Assembly (NCBI RefSeq): GCF_963921235.1
Contig: NC_086108.1
Coordinates: 63,924,001 to 63,988,000, forward strand
Direction: 5' to 3'
Length of the DNA stretch: 64,000 bases
From: Mobula hypostoma
Taxonomy: Eukaryota
The notes below the pieces were generated by a model, which had not been told where the DNA came from, did not search any database, and saw only the letters and a program-made list of their open reading frames with translations. How positions within the stretch are numbered: position 1 is the first letter of the stretch; each line of letters begins with the position of its first letter. This document shows positions 37,653 through 51,699 of the stretch, piece by piece. The translations under genes and the position numbers were made by a program.

Positions 37653-38439
37653 CTGTAAGAGAAATGAATATTTAGACAGTTGTTTTTTTTTTCAAATTTC
37701 AAATTCTGAACACTGTTCTCATGAAAGATTTGTAGATATCTGAAATGTAAAGTGAATTTCTGCACATCTTTGAAAAAACGTTGTGGAAGACAATTCATCA
37801 TTGAATCTGTTTGCTTTCAGCAGTATAAAGGTAAGCCATGTGAGATCTGTAAAGAAATAATATTCCCAAAGTAAAAAGACTCCATGGCAACACTCAGGCT
37901 CTTGATGGATTACATCCTCCTCTGAACAAGAGACCACAAAGTTGTCCACATCACCACGCCATGTCAGAATCTGACAACAGTATGACTGGCCACCTTTAAT
38001 CCACTCTGTTATCTTCATTAACCTTGCCTCAAAGACTCAAGATTCAAATGAATATATCACGTGTACTTCGAAACATGCAGTGAAATGCGTTGTTTGTGTT
38101 AAAACACTTACAATAGAAATGTTGTCATAAGATCATAGTTGAAGCTTTCAGGCACCTCACAAAGCAGTATCTCAGAGATAACCCGATGGTGGAGTGTCCA
38201 CAGCATCTGAACAGCCCTGAAGTCTGCCATCATTAGCGCCTGTGATGAGAATCTTGGCTTCTCAACCAAGAACCTTGACTGAAATCCAAACACTGTTTCC
38301 ACTTCCACACATGCTTCCTGATCTGTGTTATGTTTTCTGTTTGTTTGTTTTTTTGAATTTAGGATTTCCAACATTTGCAGTCCTTTTAATGTATAAGAAT
38401 CAGGACTGATCTGATAAGAATTACCAGATTTACTAATGG

Positions 38440-38700
38440 AGTACAAGAGCTCAGAAGCAGGCCTTGTGACCAATCTAGTCCATGCCGACCTGGTCTTCTG
38501 CCTAATCCTATCTACCTGCACCTGAACCATAGCCCACTGTACCCCTCTCAGCCACATACCTATCCAAACTTCTCTTCAGTGTCTACCACTTCCGCTGGCA
38601 GTTCATTCCACTCTCGGATCACCCTCAGTGAAGAAGCTCCCCCTCAAGTTCTCCTTAAACATTTATCCTTTCACCCTAAATCTCTGACATCTAGTTCTAA
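38440..38700 (-). mobile_element. CR1 3' end fragment
   Basis: Similar to the CR1 3' UTR/tail at 42880 and 61460. Confidence 0.65.
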
Positions 38701-41700
38701 ATTACACAAGGTATTTTTGGATTGGAAGATCCACCATGCCTCAAGGAAAACAGAACAACTGAGGAGGCATATACCATCTCATTCTCATAGATCAGTTTGA
38801 AAAGCAATGAACCTAATGGTACTCATATCTCAACTCTGTTGTCCTTAGCATTCAAATTCTCACCTTTTCTCCCAGTTTGTCTCAAGTCCTTGGGCTTGAG
38901 GATACCATCTACAATGTCCAACTGCACTTCTAGTTTCTGTGCCAGTGAGCTTGAGGCTATTCTGAATTTGGTCTCAATCTTATGTGATGGTGAGTTAGCA
39001 GTGGCAAACTGTGGGAGTCAATGAGAATAAAAGTTGGGAGAGATATGAAAAAGGCTGCTGTCTCCTGTCACACAATTTACACAACTGCAAAATGAAAATG
39101 AACCCAACTGTGCAAAATTATAAATTTAGTACCAATTAGTAACAAATTAGAGCATTTCTGAGCTGCAGGTCCACAATTATCAGAAACAAGTTTATACCTC
39201 CATTTCACAGAAAATTTATTTTTCACATACCAAAAACATTGTTAGTTTTCTAAGGACATAATTATGTTATTAATGATAATAGAACGGCACATTGATGTTT
39301 TAATGTTACTTTAACAATTATTGACTTCTAAATTGTAAGAATTTATCTGTATTTGAGAGCAAATATACTGTTATAAAACGCTTGCAATCAGGAGAACAGC
39401 ATCGCTTTTGAATTTTACATTATTGCTTTGATAGGATAGGGAACATTTGGGGCACTTAAAGTGATTACATTCTATACTATTTTAGATACAAATGATAAAT
39501 GCAATTTGCCCCATTTATTGGCACACAGTTCAGACTGTTTTATCCTGCTACATTATTTAAATGTTAAATACACACACATACCAGATGGCTGAATTTCCTT
39601 AGGCAGAGTATTTTGGAGTTGTTCTTTCATTACATTTGTACTTCACCCTGTATAGTTAGCTTTCTAAATCCCAAATTAATTATAAAGGATGCCAAGATGG
39701 TTGATTTCTTTTGTGTGCCAGATTTGGCTTTAAGGCCTTTTCCAATATTAAAAAGTAGGCATCCAAAGAGAGAATGGAACAGCACAATTTTGTTCCCACT
39801 GACACTACTGTTTGCTTCACCAATATTTCTTCACAGATTCTCAGTTTAACTGAACTCTGAGAACTGCAGGAATCTTTAACATATTTCTCAAATCATTTTG
39901 ATTGTTCGACATAGAAGAAACTCAGTTGATGACAAAGTATTACACTGTGCTACATTGCAACACATCCATTTAATTAGTGTATAATCTCACCATATATGTA
40001 TCAATTTGAATTACCTCCTTATCTGTGCTATTTTTGGAAATTTATTTTACATAATAGCTATAAAATAAATGCAGTGTGTGACTTGTAGGGAAAGCTGAAG
40101 GTAGTGGTGTCCTCATGTCCCTGATCCATTTAGCCTTCTAGACAGTTGAGCTCAGAAGCTATGAAACTCCTATGAGAATTGCTGAGGTGAGTACTCACTA
40201 TAGATTTTGTAGGTGGTCCACTCTGCAGCTCCCATATGCCCAGAGTACAGGGAATAAATATTTAGGGCAATAAACAATCTATTGGAAGAACTCACCATGT
40301 CAAGCAGCAACCATGGGAGGATAGGATTAGTCAGGATTTAAGGTTGAACCATGCTTTGCCATGAATATAAATCAAATGAGTGACTTTGTCCTGGATGGTG
40401 CTGAAGTATTGTGAAAGTTCTGCTAATCTAAGAAGTAGAAAGCATTCCACTAACCTCCTAAATTGTGACTTGGAGACCATAGAAAGGCTTTGAGGTATTA
40501 GGAGACAAATGAATTACCAAAGCATTCACAGGCCCTGACCGGCTCTTGTAGCTGCAGTATTTATGTGGCTGATCCAGCTGAATTTCTAGTTAATGCTGAC
40601 AAAAGGATGTTTGTGGTGTGATCTTATTAAATATAATTCTACTGAACATCAGGAGTAAGACTTCCGTGTTGTTCATTGCTGGGAACTTTTGTGAGACACG
40701 TGAGACTTGCCACCTATCAACCCATACCTCAATGTTGTCTGGATTTTCCTATATGTATTATCAGACTGCTTCACTTTCTGGGGAGTTGTGAATGGAACTG
40801 AACATTTTTTAATCAATAAAACACCACCTCTGACATGATGGTTATTGAACAAGCTGAAGATAATTAAGCTTATGGCTTTATCAAATTTAATGTGCTGCCC
40901 GCATTTCCAAGAACAGGCACAGGTTAATCACACACCACTTAGTGACCTCCTCATCTGTTTACAAGAGGTATCTAGTGCAATTCTAAAGGTAAACATCTTA
41001 CCAGGGGATCCATTTTGCAGAATCTAATGTAAAACAGCTGTTTATAGATATGGAGTCATAATAACAAGTTTAAAGGACAGCAAATAGCTGTTTTTAATTT
41101 AACAGACAACAAAACTGATTAGACCAGTCAATTATGCTGGAGCAAATCTCCCTTAAATTGGCAAATGTTGATTTCAAAAAGAAACTAATGTTTAGAAAGG
41201 TAATTATACCTCAGAAAAACGTCAGCTTCAGTTCTTTTCTTCCACAAAGCAAAATAATTTCCTTTCTCCATTTTGTTCATAAATTGGCATGTGATGAGTG
41301 ACGTTAGGAAATACTGCAACTACTTGTGCTTTTCTCCGAAAAAGAAAATATTGAATTGGTTTGTTGAAGCTTTAAAATTTGGGACAATTTTGAGATCAGG
41401 ATGACCTCTCACAAATTTGGAGCGCCATGTTGAATTACTACAGGGAAGTTATTGTTTTGATCTTCACCAGTTGATGTATTTTGTCTTATAAATGAATAGT
41501 ATTGATAACTTGAAAAACAGGAATGTGTTTGGATATTTAATGTAAAAATCAAATTTAGTTTCTTGAAAGAGAACTCTTCACATGTTTGATAACTCAAACA
41601 TAGTTTCTACTTAGTCTACAAGTATTGGTATCAGTCTGGCAGTATTTCATGCATTGTAAACTCTCCTTAAACCAGAGACAAGGATGGGTTTTTATTATTT

Positions 41701-41874
41701 ACAAGCTTGATTGCTACCTCATAAAAGCACTGAGATCAGAATTGAGATCAGACATGGAAAACGGTTATGCAAAAGCAACATTCTACAGTTGTTAGAAGTA
41801 CTCAACTGGTCAGGAAGTAACTGTGGTGAGTGAATAGATTAACATTTTAGGAAAATTATCATAGTTCCGATGAA

Positions 41875-42130
41875 GTGATTTGAAGTGAGAGGAGGAAAGT
41901 TCAAAGGAGAAGTGCAAGAGAAGTTGTTTTTCCTACACGGAGTGGTAGGTTCCTGGATCATGTTGCCAGGGGAGGTGCTAGAAGCAGATACAATAGCAAT
42001 GTTTAGGGGGCTTTTACAGATATGTGATCAGGCAGGGAATGGAAGGACACAGAACATGAGCAGGCATATAGGATTAGTTTAATTGGACTTCATGGCCAGC
42101 ATAGACTAAAGAACCTGCTTCTGTCCTGTA
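41875..42130 (+). mobile_element. CR1 3' end fragment
   Basis: RGGKFKGEV..FFL..VVGSWIMLPGEVLEA. Confidence 0.7.
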
Positions 42131-42877
42131 CAAATTAAACAATTATATTAGACAAATTTCATTTTCTTCTCCTGACATTTTTGTCAATTCATTCCAGATT
42201 CCATCACTTACAGACACAGTGGGGCCAAATTACAATTGCCAAATAACCTACCAACTTGTACATCTTTGGAAGAAACTTCATATGGCAAGTCTTTCACTTG
42301 ATGATTGCAATTACAAGCTGGAGTTCTTCCAAGCTTAAAGTAAACTTTAAGTAAAATATGTGATCAGGCAGGGAATGGAAGGACACTAGCAAATCTTTCA
42401 ACCAGAATAAGGGAGCACTGAGATTTGCAGCAAAGGACAATATCTTTTGCATCCCTGGTGGAATATAGTCTCTCATGAACTGTCAGATCAACAGCTGTGT
42501 CAAGGGATAGTACATCTGGTTCCAGTGCTATGCTGAACAAGTGTGGACTTTGGCAAATAAGACAGTTTGTTTTGCAATATTTGTTTAATTTAGTTGAACT
42601 ATTGGATTTTTCTTAATCTCCCAGTTTTTATTTGTTGTAGAATAGAGTGATAGACATGTAGACAGTCAGGTAATTAGGTAACCTGATAGAATTGGTTAAC
42701 TCAAGCCAACTCGCTCAGAACACACAAGACCTGGTAATATAAATCTATGGGTTCTATTTTGGTTAATTTTGGTTCAGTGCACAATGCTCAACAAGCAGTT
42801 TCTCTGAAGTCCAGAATTTGGCGAGTAAGGGATACAAGATTATTATGCAATGTTATATTTAAATAATTATGTTGCAT

Positions 42878-44170
42878 TCATAGAGTCATAGAACACTACA
42901 GCATAGAAACAGGCCCTATGGCCCATCTAGTCCATGCCAAACTATTAATCTGCGTAATCCCATTGATCTGCACCCGGACTATAGGCTTCTATATCCCTCC
43001 CATTGACATACCTATCCAAATTTTTCTGAAATGTTGAAATGAAAACTTAATCTGTCACATTCTCTCCACCCTCTGAGTAAAGAGGTTTCCTCTCATGTTC
43101 CCCTGAAACATTTCACCTTTAACCCATGACCTCTACTTGTAGTCTCACACAACATCAGTGGAAAAAGCCTGCTTGTATTTACCCTGTCTATACCCCTCAT
43201 AATTTTGTATACCTCTCTCCTTATTCTCTACACTCTGGGGAATGAAGTCGTATCCTATTCAACCTTTCCCTACAACTCAGGTCCTCAAGTCCAGTAACAT
43301 CCTTGTAAATTTTCTCCCTGCATTCTTTCAATCTTATTTACATCTTTCCTGTAGGTACAGTAAGTGACCAGAACTGCACACGATACTCCACATTAGGCTC
43401 TCAACAACGTCTTATACAAATTCAACGTAACGTCCCAACATCTGTACTCAATATTTCGATTTATGAAAGCCAGTGTGCCAAAAGCTTTCTTTATGACTCT
43501 TATCCACCTGTTATATCACTTTCAAGGAAATACGGATCTATATTCCCAGATCCCTCTGTTCCACCGCACTCCTCAGTGACCTACCACTCACCATGTAAGA
43601 CCGACCCTCATTGGTCCTACTAAAATGCAACACCTCACTCTTGTCTATACTAAATTTGATTTCCCATTTTTCAACCTATATTTCCATCTGGTGGAGATCC
43701 TGCTGCAAGCTTTGATCTTCTTTGCTGTCCGCGACACCCCCAATCTTGATGTCATCTGCAAATTTACTGATCCAGTTCACCACGTTATTGTCCAGTTTGT
43801 TGATATAGATGACAAACAACAATGAGTCAATACCAGTCCCTGTGGCACACCAATATTCATAGGCCTCCACTCAGAGAGACAACCATCTACTCTAGATTCT
43901 CCCTCAAAACCAATGTGAAATCCAATTTACTACCTCATCTTGAATGCCAAACGACTGAATGTTCTTGACCAACCTCCAGTGTAGGACCTTGTCAAAGGCC
44001 TTGCTAAAGTGCATGTGGACAACATCCACTGCCTTGCCTTCATCAACTTTCTAGATAAATTCTTCAAAAAACTCTCTAAGATTAGTTAGACAAAACCTAC
44101 CACGCAGAAAGCCATGTTAGCTATCCCTAATCGGTCCCTGTCTGCCCAAATACTTATATTTGGTACCTTA
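42878..44170 (-). mobile_element. CR1-clade LINE RT/3' fragment
   Basis: catagagtcatagaacac tail; LFVIYINKLD..ISKFADDIKIGG; KAFDKV motif. Confidence 0.85.
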
Positions 44171-44294
44171 GACTGGATCTGGTCAATTACATAAACTATA
44201 GCAGGCTTGACAGGATAGGTAACGTGTGATCTGATGGAAAAGCATTGTAAACCGTGGTGATCCTATTTTCGTTTTATGGAATTTCATTCCATTA

Positions 44295-45760
44295 GTAAAG
44301 TTTAAGCCAGACAAGTGTGAGGCATTGCATTTTAGGAGATCAAATGCAAGAGGAAAGTATGCAGTAAATGGCAGAAGCCTTGTGAGAATTCATGAGAATT
44401 CATGTACAGTATGATCTTTAGGTGAAAGCTCGCTGCTCCCCTGAAAGTGGTAACACAAGTAGATAGGCTCATAAAGAAGATGTAAAGCATGTTTGCTTTC
44501 ATCAGTTGGGCATTGACTGTAAAAGTTGGGAAGTTACATTCCCAGCTGAAAAATTTAGTTTAGGCCACATTTATAGCGTCATAAGCAGTTCAGGTCACCA
44601 CACTATGGGAATGATATGGATGCTTCAGAGTGGATGGAGAAGAAGTTCACCAGGATTTTATCTAGAGCATCAGAGGTTTAGGGGTGACTTTTAGAAGTAT
44701 ATAAAATTCTGTGAGGGGGGAAAGGAAATGCTAGGAAGTCAGTCGTTTCTCAGGGTGAATATATCAAACACGAAAGGGCATAGGTTGAAGTTAAAAGGGG
44801 GAAAGTTTAAAGAAGATTTGTGAGGCAATACTTTTTACACAGATGGGATGCACTGCTGGGGAGGAGGTAGAAGCAGAGAGTAACATTTCAAAGTACAGTT
44901 ATTATCAAAGTATGTATACTTTTTATAGCCTTGGGATTTGTCTCATTGTAGGCAGCCACCAAACAAGCACAATAGAACCCATTAAAAACCCCACACACAA
45001 ACTGTCAAACACTCAATGCACAAAAAAACTGAACAAACCATGCAACAATAGAAAAGTAAACAAATAACATGCAAAACATGAACCGCAGAGAACTCAAAAG
45101 TGAGTCTACAGCCACGGAGCTAGTTCAGCACTGCAGCTATTCCAAGAGCCTCGTGGCTGCAGGCCACAGCCATGGAGACAGTTCAGTGCTGAGGTGAGCA
45201 CCAATGATTCCAGGCCACAGCTGCAGAGGCAGTTCAATACTGAAGTGCGCAAACCTCATGGAGTAGTGAGATGGACACCAGTTCACCCTTCACCCTCAGC
45301 TTCGAGGCCTTGATCTTTTTAATCTGCCTCAGTGCTTACATCGGCCGAGGATCAATTCAATTTTCACTCTCAGGCCTGGGCCCCAACACTTTGATCCAGC
45401 CCAAAGTCTGTTCCAGCAATGGCTGCCATGTCTGTACCTGTATTCATGAGAGTCCAGTTCGTCGAAGCCTTTAGGGTACCCCAAAAATGCCAGATTGTTA
45501 CAGATAGCCCAAAAGCACATCTCCCAACGGGAAATTACAGGTGTTAGATTGCAGTGATCATAGTCCAGAGAAGTGTAATTAATAGAATAGTTAGCAGTAT
45601 GGTTTGGTGCCTGTGAAGCTTTAACAGTCATTTCAGAGCCAGTTAGACAGACAAGTGAACACGCAGGGAACAAAGGGATTAGTTCAGGTTTGCATCACGG
45701 TCAGTACAGACGCAGTGGGATGAAGGGCCTGTTCCTGTGCAGTCTGTTTTATGACTATTA
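44295..45760 (+). mobile_element. CR1 3' fragment interrupted (~44880-45625) by a minus-strand Rex-tailed non-autonomous element
   Basis: DKCEALHF motif; CR1 sequence stops at gaagcagag (~44878) and resumes near 45625. The insert begins with the Rex-like tail ttcaaagtacagtttattatcaaagta. Confidence 0.65.
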
Positions 45761-46149
45761 TCAGTATGTGTGAGTATCAGTCCTGGAGGGTATTTTGTCT
45801 ACTCTGTAACAAGATCACTGGGCTGGAGTGGAACTTGGAATGAAAGGGAAAGGGATTGAGTTATTGTGGTCTATGTGGAGACCAACAATATCACTCGAAG
45901 AAAGAAAAAGGTTCTGCTGGAGGAATATGAGAGAGCTGCTCCATTGGAATGGGTTTCATATGAATCAAGTTGGATCCAGCACCCGAGTGAAATCAAATTA
46001 CCGGGGCTGCAGACAAGGCTTTAAACTAAATATTTGAGATGATGGTTCTACTACTGTGAGATTTAGGCAGTGAAAGAGAAAGGACTTGGGATGGTGTAGA
46101 GTAGTGAAAGTAGCATTGATCCCTGTGTCTGTCTAATTCAAATCAGAGC

Positions 46150-48170
46150 AGGGAAAATGGCAACAAAAGTCAAATGTAGCATTCTGAAATCAGAAAGCAT
46201 TCATAAGAAGATGAATAAATTAATAGCACAAATTGAAATAAATGGGGATGATTTCGTAGCCATTGCAAAAACATGGTTACCAATAACCAAGATTTTGAAT
46301 TCAGCACTCCAGGACCCTCAACTTTTCGAGGAGACTGGTAAAGTCAAAAAAGGAAAAAAAGACAGACATGATATCAAAGGATGAGATAAAGCAGTAGAAA
46401 AGAAGTGTCTTAGCTCAGAATAACATAATGTAGAAAAAACATCTGGGGTGAGCTGAGAAACAGCAAGGAGCAGAAAAGATTGTTCAGTGTTGTAATAGTC
46501 CCAGCTACGAACGGTAATCTACAGAATAATATGGTCCGAAAATTAGAGGCACATGTCACAAAGATAACACAATTATCATGGGAAAATCAATCAACATATA
46601 TGTGGCAAATTATCAGCTATTGAAACAGATTACAGTGGACATGCTCAGTGGATAATTTTGCATATGTGGAGAATTTCAGGTTAATAACCTTTCATCAGAT
46701 TATTTTTTGATTAGCATATAATAGATAATAAAAATAGATCATATATTGGAGGTATAAAAGCATATAGGCATATAATATATTGGAGATATTAAGATATGGT
46801 ATTCTTATAGTTCTGCAGATTGTGGAACCAATGAAGCAGATCATGTATAGATTAAATAATAATCTAGTCATTAAGGGGACTTTAGAGAAGAGTGATCACG
46901 ATATAATGGAATTTTATATAAAGCTTAAAAGTAATTTAGTTCAATTTTAATCTAACACTTAAATCAAATTAGGATGGTATGAAATGGAAGTTAGTCATGA
47001 GTAAATTGGAACTACTTTCAAAGTCTAAGAGTCAATGAGGAAAAGCTCTCAGTTAAATAAATAATCCATGGTTTAAAGCAAAAGCACAAAATCTCAGCTC
47101 AAAAAATGGTCTTGCCATCCATAGCAAACCAGAAAAATAATGAGATCAATGAAAAAGATTTGTCTCATTGTCAAAAGGAGCTGCAAGGCTGGAAAATATT
47201 CAAAATTCAGCAAAGGAGGACCAATAAACCCACAATAGAAACAAAAATTATAATGAGAATAAAATACTGTGAAACATAAAATCAGCCTATAACAACTCTG
47301 AGAAATCTAAAAGGGATAAGATTATAAAAAGTTCATGAGTGTTCCCTTACAGCCTGAAGCACGCAAATTCATAGCAGAAAGTAATTGAATTAACAATTAA
47401 AGTAAATTGATAATTAAGATCATTATAAATAAATTAATAAAGAAATCAAGCAATCATCATGTCCATCTTCACAAAATAAAGACATTTCCCAGAAATAGAA
47501 GAAGAGAGATTGAAGGAGAATGTGGATCTGAAACAAATTAGCATCAGCTAAGAAAGTATTGGAGGTATTAAACTAACAGGTAACGCCTACCCTGTTGCCT
47601 TGTATCCCAAGATTTTTAAAATGGTAGCTGCGGAGATCGTGGATACACAGATTGACATCTTTTAAAATTCTAAATAATTTAAGAACTGCACACAATTTAG
47701 CAAATATCACTCCATTATTTAAGAAAAGAAAGAGAAAGAAAATAGGGAACGAAAGTTGATATATCCTGTCATAACGGGGAAAATGCTAGAACATATTATT
47801 TCGGTATCGATAGCGAGATGCTTGGTTAAAGTAACAGGACTGGGCAGACTTAACACAGATTTAAGATTTTTGATAATTCTGCTTGTGTTCTTTGTGGTTA
47901 CGTTTAGTGGTACCCACAAGGAGGAACAAATCTTCGCCATGAATGTGGTCCTTATGAAGCCTTTTGGTATGGTGCCAAATAAAAGGTTAGTGAGCAAAGT
48001 TGAGAATTGTGAGGGGGAGCTGCTACATCTGTCTATATGATGCCTTTCAGAACTCAGGGTCAAGATCACGACAGATGGAATATAATGTAGACAAGTATGA
48101 GGTCATTATTCTGATAGAAAAATAGAAAGGCAACTATCTTTTGAGTGCTGATATAAGAGAGTGCTGATCC
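46150..48170 (+). mobile_element. Old, highly decayed CR1 ORF2 (EN to RT)
   Basis: SIHKKMNKLIAQIEINGDDFVAIAKTWL (EN N-terminus), KSDH-like and TPLFKK-like remnants. Confidence 0.7.
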
Positions 48171-51100
48171 TAGCATTAGAGTGGTACAGCACAAAAACAG
48201 GCCTTTCAACCTAGTTTATTCATGCAAACCTTTCATATCCTTGTGCCTATACCTTTTAAACACTATATTTGTACCATGTATGTTTTAAACATTGTAACTA
48301 TATCTGTCCCTACCACTTCCTCTCAGTTCCACATACTCACCAGCCCTGTGTGGAAATACTTGCCCTTCAGATCTGTTTTAAATCTTCCCCCTTTTACCTT
48401 AAATCTGTGCTCTCAGGTTTTCAACTTCCCTGCCCTGAGAAAAAGACTGCCACCATCCATGTTGTCCATTTCCCTTATGATTTTATAAAATCTGTAAGAT
48501 CACCCCATCAGCTTTCTTCCCTTCAGGGAAAACAGTCCCAATCTCTGATTTGGTGATGTCAACACAGTTTTCTGGAATTCATAAAAAGAAAAGGTTTAAA
48601 ATGTCAAATAAAATAATTTCCAGCCTCAAATCTATTCCACACTGACAGCTCTGGGGGTTTTCACAAATTTCCAGCTTTGCCAATTCCTAAGGATTGGATG
48701 ATTCTCCCTAATTTTACTCCTTTTCCTGTGTGGGAAGTTTGAGCTCCAGGACAAAATGTAATGGAGATGTGCATTAATTTGTCTTCCTAGTGCATGGGTT
48801 AACTTTAATAACAGCCTGGATCTCAAAAGACTCTAATCATAGTGAATGGACATCCTAGATGCACTTCTAAAATTGGCTGGTTTGATCGCCAGTGGAAAGT
48901 TTAGCGGTGGGGAGATGGGATGAGGTTTGAAGATGCAACCTTACCTGAAAACTCAAGAAGCTACCTGACCCTAAGATCCTTCAAGCCTCAAATTACAGCC
49001 ACCTGCAGTTGCTGTTACCGCTGCACCTGTCATAACAGCCTCCAGAATTCAGGATCAGCATGCCCAGGAAAATTCTAGTGAAAGGGCATTGACCTAAGAC
49101 ATTAGATTTATTTCTTCCTCCACGGATGCATTTTGACCTGCTGAGCATTTCCAAAATTTTCTGATGAATTTCAGGTTTCCTGCATCTACAGTTTTTAAAA
49201 AATCCTTTGTGTGCCCATTTTGGCCAAGTCCTTGCAGTTAGGGCTCTGATATGTGCCATGGATATTGGAAACATTATTTGCTTACACACAGCACTGTGCT
49301 TTCATCTCTCTCTGCAGAAGCTGCTGATCTCAGCATTCATTCTGATAAATCTTGTGGAGTACAGCAAGCTTTACAATAAGGCACAATGAGGGAGAAATTC
49401 ATCTTTGAGTGGCAGTTACACATGCATGTAAGAACATGGCATGCCAGTCATCAGCCAGATTAATTTCTGCTGCAACTTGGGTTAAGTAGTTTGTCTTTTT
49501 TTTGCACTGTTGGCACATATTGCTGAAGAGCATGATACATGTGTAATCAAAGGTGGGAAGATGAAACTAATCATTGCACAATGTCATCACACAGCAATAA
49601 ATTGATTAAAAATCTCACTCTCACAAACATACTCCATTAACTATTCATTTTCAAGCCTTTTTAGCACTGCCGTTAAATTGCACACTGCTGCTATCATTTT
49701 GGTACTTAAATGGATTAAGAATAATTAGTTTCCAGACATGTAATGGCCTTAATCAGACACCAAGAAATCATCAGCGTCAATTAAAGAGCTGGTCTTAACA
49801 AGACCATTTAACTAATTACCTCTGCTGTCTGACAATGACTGTTAGGTGGGCTGTTAGACTCTTTTGTCTCCTTCACAATAATATTTCAATTACTGCTATG
49901 TTCCCAGTGCATAAACATCTGGAAAGCTAATGGTAACAGAATATTGTAACAGTTACAACTTGCTCCAGCTGCAAAGTGAATAAATTATTGCTACAATTTG
50001 TTTTTTTCTTAAATTGATATGTTTAACAGTTGACCATCCTTACTAGCTGGTTACTCGTGGCAGGTCAGGTTAACCTCCCTCTGAAGGTCATCTTTAAAGT
50101 CTGGCTTACGCGAGCTGCTGGCAGATGTCTAGCTGTCAGTTCTGTTCAAATGAAAGCTGAGTGAGATTGGGTGTTCACATGCCTGACAGGTGGTAAAAGG
50201 AAAACTCCTGACTGAAGAATAAAGAAAACAAGCAGCTTGATCAAGGTCCATCTTTGAAGAAGTTCAATTCATGAAAGATTAGTGATGTGATTTCCACTGC
50301 AGGCTAACAATGTGTATTTTATTTAGCTGTTTTTCAAAGGCTATTTGCTCTGCCTCCTACCTAGTGGTACACCGTCATTCAGACATCTTTTGTGGATAGG
50401 TGAGTGATCAGAGAACAAGACTCTGCCAATACCAGTGCCATCTGAAGAGCAAAGCCAGGGCTTCAAATGCTATTTCCTTAAGGTAGAACTTCCAAGTAGA
50501 AATCAAGCCTTTGCAACTACTGAAAATGACAGCTCATTTATCCCTTTTCCTCTCCACTGAGCTGGAGCTAGCCTTCTCTCACAGCTCTGAAGGGTGATTA
50601 TGAAAATTACATTCTGTTTAGATTCTAATCTCATGTAACATAAATTGAAAAGCAACCCACCCCCATCAGCTTGTTCCACATGGGAAGGAGAGGTAATCTA
50701 GGCGCTCAGATTCCTCCCACTTGAAGCAGCATATGTTAGTAAGGTTGCAGGATGTGGCAATGTAGCATTTTGAAAATATATTTACTGGAATAAATAAAAT
50801 TGCTGGATGCTTCCCATTGCATAAAAAAAAACTCTGGTGTTCATTAATAGTGTGACATTTGTTTCTGCTTTATCATTTGTCAGCTAGAGCACCCAGCTCC
50901 TCATCTCTGCAAATAACATTGAATAGTTGAGCTTATGCTCCAGCCTTTTACTAACTTTCCAGAAAAATTTTTGCCCTTTTCCCATTTATGACACTGGTTA
51001 CGGAAGCAGTTTACGGACTTATTAAAGTTTGCTGGATGTTAAATTGTAGAGGACATCACAAGAGCCGCCTTTGATCAAAAAATGCAAAAGTGAAAAAAGG

Positions 51101-51699
51101 TATGAACCAGATCAAGCCAAAGTTCTGAATGACTTTGGGTGCAACCAAAGTATATACTGTATGTCTATTAATGAAGTTGTTTTTTGTTCACTTTTCAGGA
51201 TCAGAACATCACGGCAAGTGGAGCATCTATTACCCACTCTGAAATGCCACTGAAGTAAATTGTTGGACCAGTATTTAAAAGATAACTATGTTGTTGAGGC
51301 CAGAGTCATATGAGAGTCACACCAAATAAGGATGGCAATTTGCTTCCTCTCAATGAATGCAATAAATAAGAAAGACTTTTACAACAATCCAATAGTTTTG
51401 TGGTTATCATTAGTAACTATAAGTTTCTTATTGATGGCATTTAAATTCCAAAGCTACCATAGGGGATTGAAACACAGATCTCTGAATTGTGAGCCTGGGT
51501 CAATGGATTATTGGTTCACTAAATGTAACATGACACCACTACTTTAAACCACAACTTGTGAGAAAATTAAAATTTATAGCCTCTTTTCCATGTTGGGTGG
51601 AGTTTGGTAAATGGAATGATTTAATTCACATTTCTGAGTGGTTTCATTCTTCATTTTACTGAATCTATTGAAAAAGGAATTAAGTTGCATACATGGATA

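Noticed and set aside
38108..38557. 149-aa ORF upstream of the FREM1 start
   Set aside because: It runs across a CR1 3' UTR and other repeat scraps, with no homology or splice support.
42878..45760. Divergent CR1 pair as one twin-primed (5'-inverted) insertion
   Set aside because: Both pieces cover the same 3' region and each has its own tail, so they are independent insertions.
48940..48960. Minus-strand donor-like site CAG|GTAAGG as another 5' exon
   Set aside because: An isolated consensus match with no supporting exon boundary; such sites occur by chance.
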